64,000 nt of DNA from a virus. Its lineage: Duplodnaviria; Caudoviricetes. Position 1 is the stretch's first letter. Each line of letters starts with the position of its first letter. This document shows positions 9,901 through 20,000 of this stretch, in pieces. The notes beneath the pieces are model-generated. The model searched no databases, was not told the origin of the DNA, and worked only from the letters and a program-made list of their open reading frames with translations. The stretch spans positions 32,001-96,000 of IMG/VR virus record IMGVR_UViG_3300014641_000001, one strand, 5' to 3'. The position numbers and the translations under genes were made by a program.

Positions 9901-9969
9901 TATATAAAAAGTTTGCTGACAGTATTAGTATATTCTAATAAATTATTTTTAGATATGATCACAAAATTT

Positions 9970-9998
9970 AGAGCCAGTTATTTGACTAGCTCTTTTTT
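9970..9998 (+). terminator. Rho-independent terminator inside intron 2
   Basis: AGAGCCAGTT-ATTT-GACTAGCTCT then a T-tract. Confidence 0.65.
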
Positions 9999-10063
9999 GT
10001 ATATAAAAGGGAGCAAAAATGCACTATCATATACGCTACAATTTTTCGATTTACTAATATCAA

Positions 10064-10489
10064 TCAAAACTTACTTCCACAGTTATTACACTTCCAAGTC
10101 TTACCGTTATCTCCCATGCCGAAAATTCCAAATGCAGCTATCTTTGCGACCTTTTTTGTTGCGGATATTTTAGAGAGGTTTGTGCTGCTACATGTGGGGC
10201 ACTTTGGAACATTTTGATGTGTACCTTTTGGAATGTATCCGGCTAAAAGACGAGTATCGCTTCCGGTAGTGGGTAAATCTTCTCTTGTGATTAAATCTGT
10301 GTCGGAAACATTCCCACAACAACATGTAATTAGAATTCCATCTTTTAACTTGCAATAATCTGAATTTACTCTATCAAATTTGTCATCTATTCCCTCTTTT
10401 ACAAATATTGTATTCCCGCATTTTTCGCAGAGTATTTCTATTTCTATTGGTGATCCATTCTCGTTATTAATAGCTTTTTTTAAATACAT
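10064..10489 (-). CDS. Zn-ribbon protein with C-terminal CxxC-hydrophobic-CxxC module (intron cargo)
   Basis: CEKC, CPTC...IAAFGIFGMG...WKCNNCG; SD GGGAGG before ATG 10489. Confidence 0.75.
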   Translation of the reverse strand: MYLKKAINNENGSPIEIEILCEKCGNTIFVKEGIDDKFDRVNSDYCKLKDGILITCCCGNVSDTDLITREDLPTTGSDTRLLAGYIPKGTHQNVPKCPTCSSTNLSKISATKKVAKIAAFGIFGMGDNGKTWKCNNCGSKF

Positions 10490-10518
10490 AGTTCCCTCCC
10501 TATACATATTTTATTATG

Positions 10519-13500
10519 CAACTGCAATCCCTCGGAAAGTCGATTGTGAACTTTAATAGCATTATAGCATCTGGGACAGGAACAAATCAATCTTTTGCGA
10601 AAGTTTTAGAAGGGATTAGCACACAGGAAAAAATCAATTTAGTAACTAGAAGCAGTCTAACCGATGCTCAAAAGATTGGTATTCTTGCAACAGCTGGTTT
10701 AAGTGCAGAGGAATTGAAAGCAGTAGCTTCCACTACTACTCTCTCCACTTCACAGACCACTGCAACAGCAACTACAACTGGATTCGGTACTGCCCTTAAA
10801 GGTCTTTGGGCAACCATGATGGCAAATCCTTTAATTGCAATAGGAATGGCCGTAACAGCTATCTCAACAGCATGGAATATTTATAATCAGTCCATCGAAA
10901 AAACAAGACAAGCTTCGGCCGATGCGGCGGGCGCATTAAACGAAACCACCTCATCAATTAATGATTATGCTGAAAAGTATAAAAAATTACACGATGAACT
11001 TGTCAAGGCAAATACTACCGAAGAACGTCAACATGAAATAAAAAGTGACCTTCTTGCGCTTCAACAAGAATTAAATGATAAGTACGGAGATGAATATGGC
11101 AAATTAAATCTTGTTACAGATGCTTATAATGATCAAACCGATGCAATCCTAGCAAGAAACAAAGCCGCGGCGCAGAATTATCTTCTTGAAAATAGAAAAG
11201 GTATAGCCGATGCTACAAAACAAATGGAACAAGACCGCACTTATACACTTGGTAGCACTGGTAATTTATCAAACGACTATGCAAAAGAAATATATAATAT
11301 AGCGTCAAAATATTCAGACCAGGGCATAAAATTAGAGTCTCTTAAAAATAACGGAGTAGATGCCTATACTATTAAGTTTTATGGAAATGCAGAAAATGCA
11401 GAAAAAGTTATACGTAGCCTCTCCAATGAGATCCAAGATCTTGGGCATAAATACGAAGATAATAATTTCATCAATGGATTCTTAGATAACTCAACAAATG
11501 CACTTAAAGAGAATCAAAAAACATTAGATAAATATGATGAAATATATAACTCTGCATTGATGTCTCAAATTGCAACTGACAATGAATTGTCGGGAGGTTA
11601 CGAGAAGGCCACAAGTGCCGTTAAAGCATATAACGATGCACTAATTTCTGGTGACGAATCTAAAATATTATCGACAAGAGATGACCTCAATGAAGTTAAA
11701 AATTCCATTGATTTAACAAGCGAAAACTGGAAACGATACGGGAATGTAATGACTGATATTTTCAGCCAGGCAAACACAGGGCTATACGATTTCAGAGATG
11801 CACTCTCTTCAAACAACGATAATATCAAAGACTATGCTAAAAGTCTAAAAGGTTTATCAAAGACAGATGTAATGTCCATGGCAAATGATGGGCAAGATGA
11901 TAACTTTGATAAAATAGTTAAATCTGCTGATAAATATGGATTAAGCGTTAACCAGGTCATCGATGAACTAATCAGATTGAAATACGTTCAAGATGATATC
12001 TTCAAGTCTGGTGAAGCAACATTCACTCCTCTCTCCAAACAAGAAGTAATTTCAAACATCAATTCACTGTCCGAAGGTTTTGAATCCCTTGATAAAATTA
12101 TGAAGAGCATATCCGACAAAGACAATCCATTTGACTATGCTCTGCTTGATGATGGTAAGTTTACGAAGATATTCAGCACCCTAAATGATGGTGGTGAAGC
12201 TTACGCTAACTTCATCGAAAAAGTGTCGTCATCACCCAAAGATATAAAAGCTACTCAAAGTGCATTTAACGATCTGGTAACAACTTGGATTGATAGCTCT
12301 GGTGTATTAGATGGGCTTACCGAAGACAATGCTAACCTTGCTACTGCTATGCTTCAGAATATGGGTGTTGCTAATGCCGAAGAAGTTGTAATGACAAGAC
12401 TTTCCATTGTACAGGAACACCTGGCAGCGCAAAAAGCTTATACGGCAGAAATGAGTGACGCTCTCGCCAATGCTACAGCTAGTGAAATTCCAGGAATCAT
12501 AGAAGAAGCAACTCAAAGTGACATAGCTAAAGTTGCACTGGCTGGTCTGGTATTAGAGAAAGAATTCTTCAATGGAAATGCACTAGATACTAGTGGTGAC
12601 ATTGAGAATATTATCTCTCTTGTTGGAGTAATTGGAACTGCTAATACGGCACTCAAAGCTTTAAATACTTTAAAGGCCGGAGGTAGTGTTGGTGGCAACA
12701 TAGGCGGAAAAGAAGGTTATGAAGCTCTTGTAAGAAATGCAGAAAAGGAAGCCGAAGACGCAATAAAATCTGCTTCCGAATATAAAGGCAAGGGAGCAAA
12801 TATTAATGCATCGTATACAGGTGGTACAAAAACAAATAAACCATCTGGCTCTAAAAAGGATAAAAAAGATTTCTCAGAAGTATTTGACTGGGTAGAAACT
12901 ACAATTAAACGAGTAGACGAAAAGATCCAAGACATCCAGAGTAAAATTTCTGATACATCAAACTGGAAGCCTAAAAACACTCTTACAGATACAGCTATTG
13001 ATGAAATGGCAAATAAAATAACTGCCTTACAGTCTCAGTTAGATACATACCAGAAGAAGGCAGATTCTTACAACCTCTCTCCCACTTACATAGACAAAAT
13101 CAAAAATGGCACTCTTGAAATTGAAACTGTTACTGATGAAGTAATTGCAAACAATATCAAAGGTTATCAAGAATGGTATAACAAAGCTGAAGATGTTCGC
13201 AAGAAGATAGATGAAACAAAAAAGACTTTGAAAGAACTTGCTCAGACCAAACTTGAAAATATTATCAATGATTTTGATAGTCTTGTTTCGTTAATGGATA
13301 AGTACGCTTCATATAGTAATAATCTTTTAAATCTACAAAAGGAATTGGGCGAATCTATTACCAATACAGATTATGAACGGTTAATTAATCAACAGGAAGC
13401 AATTTATAAGCAGTTGCATAGTAAGTATAATTCGCTATCCAATGAATTATCTAAAGCGGTAAGTAAAGGAACAATTGAGGTGGGTTCAAATGAATGGCGT

Positions 13501-15333
13501 AAATACAACGAGGAATTAATTGCTGTAAATTCCTCTATGAATGATGCTGTTTCTTCAATGAACGATTTCAGAAAAGCACTAATCAACTTGCCATTTGAGG
13601 AGCTAGAGAGGATTTCTAGTGCACTCGATGGAATTAACAATGGAATCAACACCATGTCTGATCTAATTGGCGACGATGGACTTTTAGACGGAGGAATGCT
13701 TACATCTAAGGGTCTTGCTAAAATTGCTCTATTAGGACAACAGTATGCTAATGCTAAACAACAAGCGGCCGATTACGAAGAAGCCATTAATGCTATTAAT
13801 GAGATGTATGAAAATGGTTCTCTCACACAGGCCGAGTATAACGAAAAACTCAATGAATATACCAACGCTCAATTATCAGCAGTAAAAGCTACGAAAGAAG
13901 CCGAACAAGCTATCTTGCAGTTTAGATATAATGCAATCCAGGCACAGATAGATGATATGAATAATTTAATTGCTGCCAAGAAGAAAGCATTGCAGACTGA
14001 AAAGGACTATCAGGATTATCTTGAAAGTATTAGCGAGAAACAGACTGACATTAATAATTTACAGGCAAAGATTGATGAACTGTCACTGTCTACCGATAGG
14101 AAAGATATTGCACAGAGATTACAGTTAGAACAGCAGCTATCAGATGCAAAGAAAGATTTGGCTAAGACACAAGCTGACTATGCTTATGATAAAACTATTG
14201 AAAGCCTAGATAAGCAGGAAGAGGACTATCAGGACGCAAAGAAAAAAGAGCTTGATGAACTTAAGTCAAATACTGATGCACAGAAGAAGGTAATAGAAGA
14301 ATATCTCGGACAGGTAAAAGATAACTACAAAACAGTCTACAATACCCTGACTAAGTATGGAACCGATTATAATGTTACCATGACTAGCGAACTAACTTCT
14401 CCATGGGAGTCAGCTAATAGCGCCGTGTCTACATTTAAAGACGCTGTGTCAGAAGCTATCTCACAGATTAATATTGACATTGCTAATATTGATTTGTCAA
14501 AGCTTACAGAATTAGTGAGTACAATGCAAGGATTCTCCGCAGGTGGAAATAATTCGGCTTCATTTGAGGATATTACCGGTTCCGGAACGTGGCAAAAGAA
14601 CTCTAGGGGCTGGTGGTACGGAGCTTCTAATGATGATTACGCTTCTGATGGAATCTACACCATTGGAGGTAAGCAGTATAGCTTCAACGAAGATGGCTAT
14701 ATGAAAACTGGTTGGGACGATAGCAATGGTGATTGGCGGTATTTTGAGCCTGAGAATGGTCAGATGGTTAAATCTGCATGGAGAAAGTCTAAAGATGGTA
14801 AAGACTACTATCTGAAATCTGATGGTACTATGGCTACAGACATGGCTATCAAAGCGAAAGACGGCAACGGGTATTATTATATTGATGACAGTGGTGTATG
14901 GGACGGAAAAACAATATCCTATGATGATGTGAAAAAGAGAAATATCACTGTTGGATATAAAAGTGGCACTACTAATTCTAAGCCAGGATTAAAATATGTT
15001 AACGAAGATGGGCCAGAATTGATTGTTGCTAAAAATGGTACTGTTCTCAATTCAGTAGGTGGCGATACCATCTTTACAAAGAATATGACTGATAAGCTAT
15101 GGGATTTTGCTATTGATCCAAGTAAGTTTGTGTTGGCTAATATGCCGAAGTATGATTATAGGGCAATGGCTATGGCTAATCGAAACAACGTTTCTATGAA
15201 TATCGATAGCCCACTACTTGTAGTACAGGGTAACGCAGATAAAGAAGTATTAACTCAAATGAATGAAAGACTAGATACTTTCATTAACAAGGAAATACCT
15301 CAGAAAATGATGGAAATGTCAAAACAACATTAA
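10519..15333 (+). CDS. Tape measure protein, exon 3, with C-terminal cell-wall-binding repeats
   Basis: Long coiled-coil/Ala-rich ORF with no SD before ATG 10516; WWY/YSFNEDGYM/YYLKSDGTM repeats; followed by tail genes. Confidence 0.9.
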   Translation, partial: QLQSLGKSIVNFNSIIASGTGTNQSFAKVLEGISTQEKINLVTRSSLTDAQKIGILATAGLSAEELKAVASTTTLSTSQTTATATTTGFGTALKGLWATMMANPLIAIGMAVTAISTAWNIYNQSIEKTRQASADAAGALNETTSSINDYAEKYKKLHDELVKANTTEERQHEIKSDLLALQQELNDKYGDEYGKLNLVTDAYNDQTDAILARNKAAAQNYLLENRKGIADATKQMEQDRTYTLGSTGNLSNDYAKEIYNIASKYSDQGIKLESLKNNGVDAYTIKFYGNAENAEKVIRSLSNEIQDLGHKYEDNNFINGFLDNSTNALKENQKTLDKYDEIYNSALMSQIATDNELSGGYEKATSAVKAYNDALISGDESKILSTRDDLNEVKNSIDLTSENWKRYGNVMTDIFSQANTGLYDFRDALSSNNDNIKDYAKSLKGLSKTDVMSMANDGQDDNFDKIVKSADKYGLSVNQVIDELIRLKYVQDDIFKSGEATFTPLSKQEVISNINSLSEGFESLDKIMKSISDKDNPFDYALLDDGKFTKIFSTLNDGGEAYANFIEKVSSSPKDIKATQSAFNDLVTTWIDSSGVLDGLTEDNANLATAMLQNMGVANAEEVVMTRLSIVQEHLAAQKAYTAEMSDALANATASEIPGIIEEATQSDIAKVALAGLVLEKEFFNGNALDTSGDIENIISLVGVIGTANTALKALNTLKAGGSVGGNIGGKEGYEALVRNAEKEAEDAIKSASEYKGKGANINASYTGGTKTNKPSGSKKDKKDFSEVFDWVETTIKRVDEKIQDIQSKISDTSNWKPKNTLTDTAIDEMANKITALQSQLDTYQKKADSYNLSPTYIDKIKNGTLEIETVTDEVIANNIKGYQEWYNKAEDVRKKIDETKKTLKELAQTKLENIINDFDSLVSLMDKYASYSNNLLNLQKELGESITNTDYERLINQQEAIYKQLHSKYNSLSNELSKAVSKGTIEVGSNEWRKYNEELIAVNSSMNDAVSSMNDFRKALINLPFEELERISSALDGINNGINTMSDLIGDDGLLDGGMLTSKGLAKIALLGQQYANAKQQAADYEEAINAINEMYENGSLTQAEYNEKLNEYTNAQLSAVKATKEAEQAILQFRYNAIQAQIDDMNNLIAAKKKALQTEKDYQDYLESISEKQTDINNLQAKIDELSLSTDRKDIAQRLQLEQQLSDAKKDLAKTQADYAYDKTIESLDKQEEDYQDAKKKELDELKSNTDAQKKVIEEYLGQVKDNYKTVYNTLTKYGTDYNVTMTSELTSPWESANSAVSTFKDAVSEAISQINIDIANIDLSKLTELVSTMQGFSAGGNNSASFEDITGSGTWQKNSRGWWYGASNDDYASDGIYTIGGKQYSFNEDGYMKTGWDDSNGDWRYFEPENGQMVKSAWRKSKDGKDYYLKSDGTMATDMAIKAKDGNGYYYIDDSGVWDGKTISYDDVKKRNITVGYKSGTTNSKPGLKYVNEDGPELIVAKNGTVLNSVGGDTIFTKNMTDKLWDFAIDPSKFVLANMPKYDYRAMAMANRNNVSMNIDSPLLVVQGNADKEVLTQMNERLDTFINKEIPQKMMEMSKQH

Positions 15334-15337
15334 ATGT

Positions 15338-15368
15338 AGAGAGCATCTTAACTGATGCTCTCTTTATT
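15338..15368 (+). terminator. Terminator after the tape measure gene
   Basis: AGAGAGCATC-TTAACT-GATGCTCTCT-TTATT. Confidence 0.6.
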
Positions 15369-15436
15369 AAATTGAACACAAAGTTTATACTGTGGCTTCT
15401 TATATAAAAAAAATCAAATTGGAAGGAGGTTTTAAA

Positions 15437-16225
15437 TTGCATAGTCTATTTACATTCGGCGAAAACAGCAGCGATGAATTTGGAGTAATTGCAGTATATT
15501 TCGAAAATAATAAATATCAAGGATTATACAGTGGTCAGTCTACAGAATTAATAACCGATAAATCTGCACAATCTTTAGAATGGGAAATCATATCGCAGAA
15601 TTATGATAAGCCAATGGAATTTATATTTCAAATCATTAATTCAGATGGGTCTCCTATAAGTCAGGAGCAGCAACGTGCAATATCTAAATGGCTATGTAAG
15701 CGTGGTGAATATAACTGGCTATTCATTCAAGACGAATACTATTCTGATATATGGTTGCATTGCAATATCAATCATCCGCAAGTATGGGCAGTAAATGATA
15801 CAGTGGGCATGCAATTTACTGTAACTACCTCTTCTGCTTTAGCCTTTTCGGAGGAACATGAATACTACTTCTCTCTCACTGACAACAATAAAATAATTGA
15901 TGACCTATATATAGTCAACGACGAGGAGATTCATATATTTCCATATATAGAAATTACTATGTTGAAATCCGGCAATCTTGAAATAAGCAACAGTCAAGAA
16001 ATCGATTCAGAGTATGTTATGAAAATAAAGAATGTAAGCATTGGTGAAAAAATCGTATTAACTACAGACGGTATAATCTCGTCTTCTATCACAAGTCACG
16101 ATGTATTGAATGATTCTAATTTAAAGTGGCTTAAATTTTATGAAGGCAGCACTGTACTTACTTTTAATCTTGCTTGTGAAGGAGTGATTAAATATAGAGA
16201 ATATCGAAAGTTGGTGGCATTTTAA
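15437..16225 (+). CDS. Distal tail (Dit-like) protein
   Basis: Directly after TMP; FTFGENSSDEFGV...WLFIQD...GMQFTVTTSSALAFS; TTG start after GGAGG. Confidence 0.7.
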   Translation: MHSLFTFGENSSDEFGVIAVYFENNKYQGLYSGQSTELITDKSAQSLEWEIISQNYDKPMEFIFQIINSDGSPISQEQQRAISKWLCKRGEYNWLFIQDEYYSDIWLHCNINHPQVWAVNDTVGMQFTVTTSSALAFSEEHEYYFSLTDNNKIIDDLYIVNDEEIHIFPYIEITMLKSGNLEISNSQEIDSEYVMKIKNVSIGEKIVLTTDGIISSSITSHDVLNDSNLKWLKFYEGSTVLTFNLACEGVIKYREYRKLVAF

Positions 16226-19071
16226 TGGTTAAATTTGATGCTTACAGAAAACCTGTGATCCCACGGGTATTTTTGGCCTATCCAAATAAAAAACTAATAT
16301 GTCAGCTTAATGCCAAAAGTAAAAGTTCTGTATTATATATTGTAGGGGTCTCACAGCTTAAGTTCTCTATCTATAAATATCATGAAAAGGTTGAGAACCA
16401 AGGATTTGATGATATATCTGTTGGTAAATACATATGGCTAGAGAATATCGGCTGGTACAGAATTACAGATATCAGTCGTAAAGACAGCGGATCTAATCCA
16501 TATCTCGAAATAACTTGTTATGATTTAACTTATGAACTAAAGCAGACGTATCTTACATCATTTGGTTCTATGGGAACTGAAGATGATGAACAAGGCGGAC
16601 TTGATCGATATGCCTTATATGACGCCAACGATGTTACGCATAGCATTGCTCACATTTTTATGGACAAAAATCCTGGTTGGAAATTCAAATTTATTGACCC
16701 GGAGATATCAAAGAATCGTCGTAGCTTCGACAACGATAGTGTCACGTCATATGACTTTCTTACTGGCGATGTATCAGATACGTTTGAATGTATCTTTGTG
16801 TTCGACAGTAATGACCGAAGTGTAAGTGCCTATAAAGCTGAAAACATTGGGAAAGAAGTTCCTATCGCCCTATCGTTCATGAATCTCATTAAGGAACTAA
16901 ATATTACTTGGAATGAAAATGATATTAAAACTGTTTTAAATGTTACTGGTGGTAATGATGCAAGCGGTACTGCTCTGTCTATTGCTTCTGTAAATCCTGC
17001 TGGTAATAATTATGTAAGTAATTTCAGCTATTTCTATAATGATATGAGTAAGGCTTTAAAAGAAAAACTGGAAGAATATTATCGGCTAATGGATAATAAT
17101 AAAGGTTTAATTACCACTGCTCTATCACAGTTAAAGACTTTACAAGATGGATTGGATAGTTTATATAATAAAAGGCCATCTGCTGAGTCAAGTACAGATT
17201 GGAAGCAATATGGTCTTGTTGGATTAAAAGCAAAGGCAAATACATACAAGGAACAAATGTCTGTGTTGACTGATATAAAAAATGCAGATCCGATTGCCCA
17301 GGCACAATACAATAATTACAACACTCTTTGGAATGCTGTTAATAATGAAATCTCAGTCAGACAGTCACAGATAACAACTAAAGAAAATCAGATCAAAGCA
17401 AAGCAAACCGAAGTGCTTTCTTATGTAGTTAGAATTGATGATGTACTTGGCGAAGAATTGTATCAAGAATTACAACCATTTGTCAGAGAAGATAATTTAT
17501 GTGACAACTCCTATATCGCCACTCCAATTATGACTGAATCTGATATATTGGAAATGAAACAGGATTTGTATAAACATGGTGTTGATGAATTGAGTAAGGT
17601 GTGCTACCCTCAATTTGATATGGAAGTTAATTCTATAAACTTTCCAGTACTGTTTAAATATAAAGTATGGACAGATCAACTTGATCTAGGAGACATTCTT
17701 GCAATCAAATATTCTGATGAAGAATTTATAAAAGCTAGACTTCTTAAAATGGAAATTGATTGGGAAGATTTTAGTAAATTCAAGCTTACATTCAGCTCAA
17801 AGTCGAGCATAACTGGCGGTTGGTTTGATTTCGTCGCCATGCAGAAACTTGTAGATAAGACAAGTACTTCTCTTAGTTACAACACCTCTGGTTGGAATCA
17901 AGCATCGAAACAAGCAAATGAAGCCTTTTATAGCACTCAGAAAGAATTCCTTGACTTAAGTAGTCAGCAGATTGAAAGCAACGGAAAGAATCAGGAAGTG
18001 CTTATTGATAGCACCGGTATTTTATTGAAAAAATGGCTACCTGACTTAAATAAATATGCTCCTGAAAAACTTTGGATTACCAATCGACAAATATTATTAT
18101 TTGAGGAACCAGATGGGACTAATCTTCGTGAGCCAAAGCTTGCTATAGGTAAAGTGTATGTGACTAATAATGGCAAAACAACATCGTACTACGGCATTTC
18201 TGCAGATGTAATCTATGGTGGATTATTTATAGGGGAAGCTCTTAAAATACAGAATAAGAATAACACTCTCACTCTTGATGAAAATGGTTTTATTGCTTCT
18301 GCAACAAATGGTTTCAAGGTGCAAATTAATCCGGATAATCCTGGTCAGATATTTAATATATCTAAAAGTGGTGCGAGCCTACTATATATAGATGCCGTAA
18401 AAGACAAACTTATATTTAAAGGTCGTGCTGAAATTGATGAAGGATTAATTGGTGGCTGGACTATAACCACAAATAGACTGTTTTCTGGTGGCGTCGGCAT
18501 GTCTTCCGATGTTAATAGCGGAGCTGTGTCATTCTGGGCCGGTAATTCTAACGCCATTTCTGCTCCATTTAGGGTGACGAACCAAGGTAAATTAGTTGCT
18601 TCTGACGCTGATATATCTGGTAGAATTACAGCTACTTCAGGTAAAATTGGCGGCTATACTATAGATGGAAATGTGCTGAGAGGTACTGTAAACTCTTATA
18701 TAGTTGGAGGTAGAATAAGTATCAACGACGACTTTTTTTACGTTGCTGATGATGAAATTAACCTTGGAGATTTTGTTGTTACCTATACAAACAGAGCTTT
18801 ACTTATGTCATCAGATGAATATACGGGAATGTCCGCAAGAACTTCTACAAGTAGATTTGCTATGTGGGCTGGATATTCAGGGGGAAGCGCAAGCAATATA
18901 AGTAACTATGTGTTTGCTGTTGATGGCAATTATGTTTATGCAGAGGACATTAAAATTACTGGTAACTCATGGTGGGCAGGTTGGACACTTACCGAAACAT
19001 TAATTAGAGCATATCAAAGACTAGATGATTTACAAGATCAAATTGATGACTTAGACACTTCTGGCATGTGA
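16225..19071 (+). CDS. Tail hub / Tal-like tail spike protein
   Basis: Follows Dit; 948 aa; C-terminal beta-repeat region (GKIGGYTI, GLIGGWTI). Confidence 0.75.
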   Translation: MVKFDAYRKPVIPRVFLAYPNKKLICQLNAKSKSSVLYIVGVSQLKFSIYKYHEKVENQGFDDISVGKYIWLENIGWYRITDISRKDSGSNPYLEITCYDLTYELKQTYLTSFGSMGTEDDEQGGLDRYALYDANDVTHSIAHIFMDKNPGWKFKFIDPEISKNRRSFDNDSVTSYDFLTGDVSDTFECIFVFDSNDRSVSAYKAENIGKEVPIALSFMNLIKELNITWNENDIKTVLNVTGGNDASGTALSIASVNPAGNNYVSNFSYFYNDMSKALKEKLEEYYRLMDNNKGLITTALSQLKTLQDGLDSLYNKRPSAESSTDWKQYGLVGLKAKANTYKEQMSVLTDIKNADPIAQAQYNNYNTLWNAVNNEISVRQSQITTKENQIKAKQTEVLSYVVRIDDVLGEELYQELQPFVREDNLCDNSYIATPIMTESDILEMKQDLYKHGVDELSKVCYPQFDMEVNSINFPVLFKYKVWTDQLDLGDILAIKYSDEEFIKARLLKMEIDWEDFSKFKLTFSSKSSITGGWFDFVAMQKLVDKTSTSLSYNTSGWNQASKQANEAFYSTQKEFLDLSSQQIESNGKNQEVLIDSTGILLKKWLPDLNKYAPEKLWITNRQILLFEEPDGTNLREPKLAIGKVYVTNNGKTTSYYGISADVIYGGLFIGEALKIQNKNNTLTLDENGFIASATNGFKVQINPDNPGQIFNISKSGASLLYIDAVKDKLIFKGRAEIDEGLIGGWTITTNRLFSGGVGMSSDVNSGAVSFWAGNSNAISAPFRVTNQGKLVASDADISGRITATSGKIGGYTIDGNVLRGTVNSYIVGGRISINDDFFYVADDEINLGDFVVTYTNRALLMSSDEYTGMSARTSTSRFAMWAGYSGGSASNISNYVFAVDGNYVYAEDIKITGNSWWAGWTLTETLIRAYQRLDDLQDQIDDLDTSGM

Positions 19072-19073
19072 CA

Positions 19074-19102
19074 TTGACAGTATAAAATTGAGATGATATT
19101 AT
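19074..19102 (+). promoter_or_regulatory. sigmaA-type promoter of moron gene
   Basis: TTGACA-17 nt-TATTAT with extended -10 TG. Confidence 0.65.
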
Positions 19103-19166
19103 ATTTATAAACAGTTTGATTATTTTTATGTGATTAAGTATAATATTATGCCAAGGAGGTTCTTAA

Positions 19167-19925
19167 ATGAAAAAATTATCTTTATTAATTACTATTGGTG
19201 TATTTTCAATATATTCACTCACAAATGTTTTTGCGGGTGAATGGAAAAACGAAAATGATAAATGGAGATACCAAGAAGATGATGATACTTACCCCATCAA
19301 TTCGTGGAAAGAAATCAATGGTAAATGGTACTATTTTAACGAAGGGGGATATATGTTATCAGATACGAAAACTCCAGATGGATATACAGTGGCGGAATCA
19401 GGTGAATGGATTGATACTATGAAAAACTCAACGGTTGCGGCTGATAAAAAATATGTGTTTGAGGAAGGAGGCATGTGGATTAGCAAAGGTAAGATTCCCG
19501 AAGGAGATTATGTTTACTATCCAACACTTTCTACAAAAGATCCTGTTGTGATTGGTTCATCAAGTATAACTGATGATTTTAACTATATTAAATTGCATAT
19601 GGAAGATTTTCTCAATCCGGGCACATACGTTCCCGTCGCAAGCATAGGACAACTAGACATAAGTGGGGACGGTGTTTTTTGCGTTGGTAAAGATGTTAAA
19701 GCCGGAACATATAATTTAACCCCTATAGATTACGATGGTTCAAAATTGGTGATTCCCATGTGTATAGTATATAATACTATTCCATCAAACAAAGATAATG
19801 TTTCTCCCGAAAAAAATATTAATCAAAAATTGTATATAGGTAAAAAAAGAAATAATATTGTAACGGTTGTTGACGGACAATATATTCAAATTATTGACGC
19901 GTCCGCAGACTTTGTAAGACCATAA
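19167..19925 (+). CDS. Secreted cell-wall-binding-repeat protein (moron)
   Basis: Signal peptide, GEWK...WKEINGKWYYFNEGGYML repeat; own promoter and terminator (19937-19965). Confidence 0.8.
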   Translation: MKKLSLLITIGVFSIYSLTNVFAGEWKNENDKWRYQEDDDTYPINSWKEINGKWYYFNEGGYMLSDTKTPDGYTVAESGEWIDTMKNSTVAADKKYVFEEGGMWISKGKIPEGDYVYYPTLSTKDPVVIGSSSITDDFNYIKLHMEDFLNPGTYVPVASIGQLDISGDGVFCVGKDVKAGTYNLTPIDYDGSKLVIPMCIVYNTIPSNKDNVSPEKNINQKLYIGKKRNNIVTVVDGQYIQIIDASADFVRP

Positions 19926-20000
19926 GAATCTATTCAAGAGTAGGACTAATCTCCTACTCTTTATTATTATTAAAATTGAATTTAGGAGGAATTTTTCAAT

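Larger units (their letters stand above)
7435..10518 (+). mobile_element. Group I intron 2 (~3.1 kb) carrying accessory genes
   Basis: Core at 7556-7864: P3 GAGGA/TCCTC, P4 TGCTT/AAGCA, P6a CCCTATC/GATAGGG, P7 G(A)GAGCA/TGTTCC, P8 ACAGTACA/TGTGCTGT; guide 7463-7482 pairs 18/20 with 10519-10538; U.G at the 5' splice site; terminal G 10518. Confidence 0.85.

Noticed and set aside
10516-10518. ATG as an independent start of a 1605-aa tail protein
   Set aside because: No SD; its G fits the intron terminal G, and the guide pairing begins at the next base.
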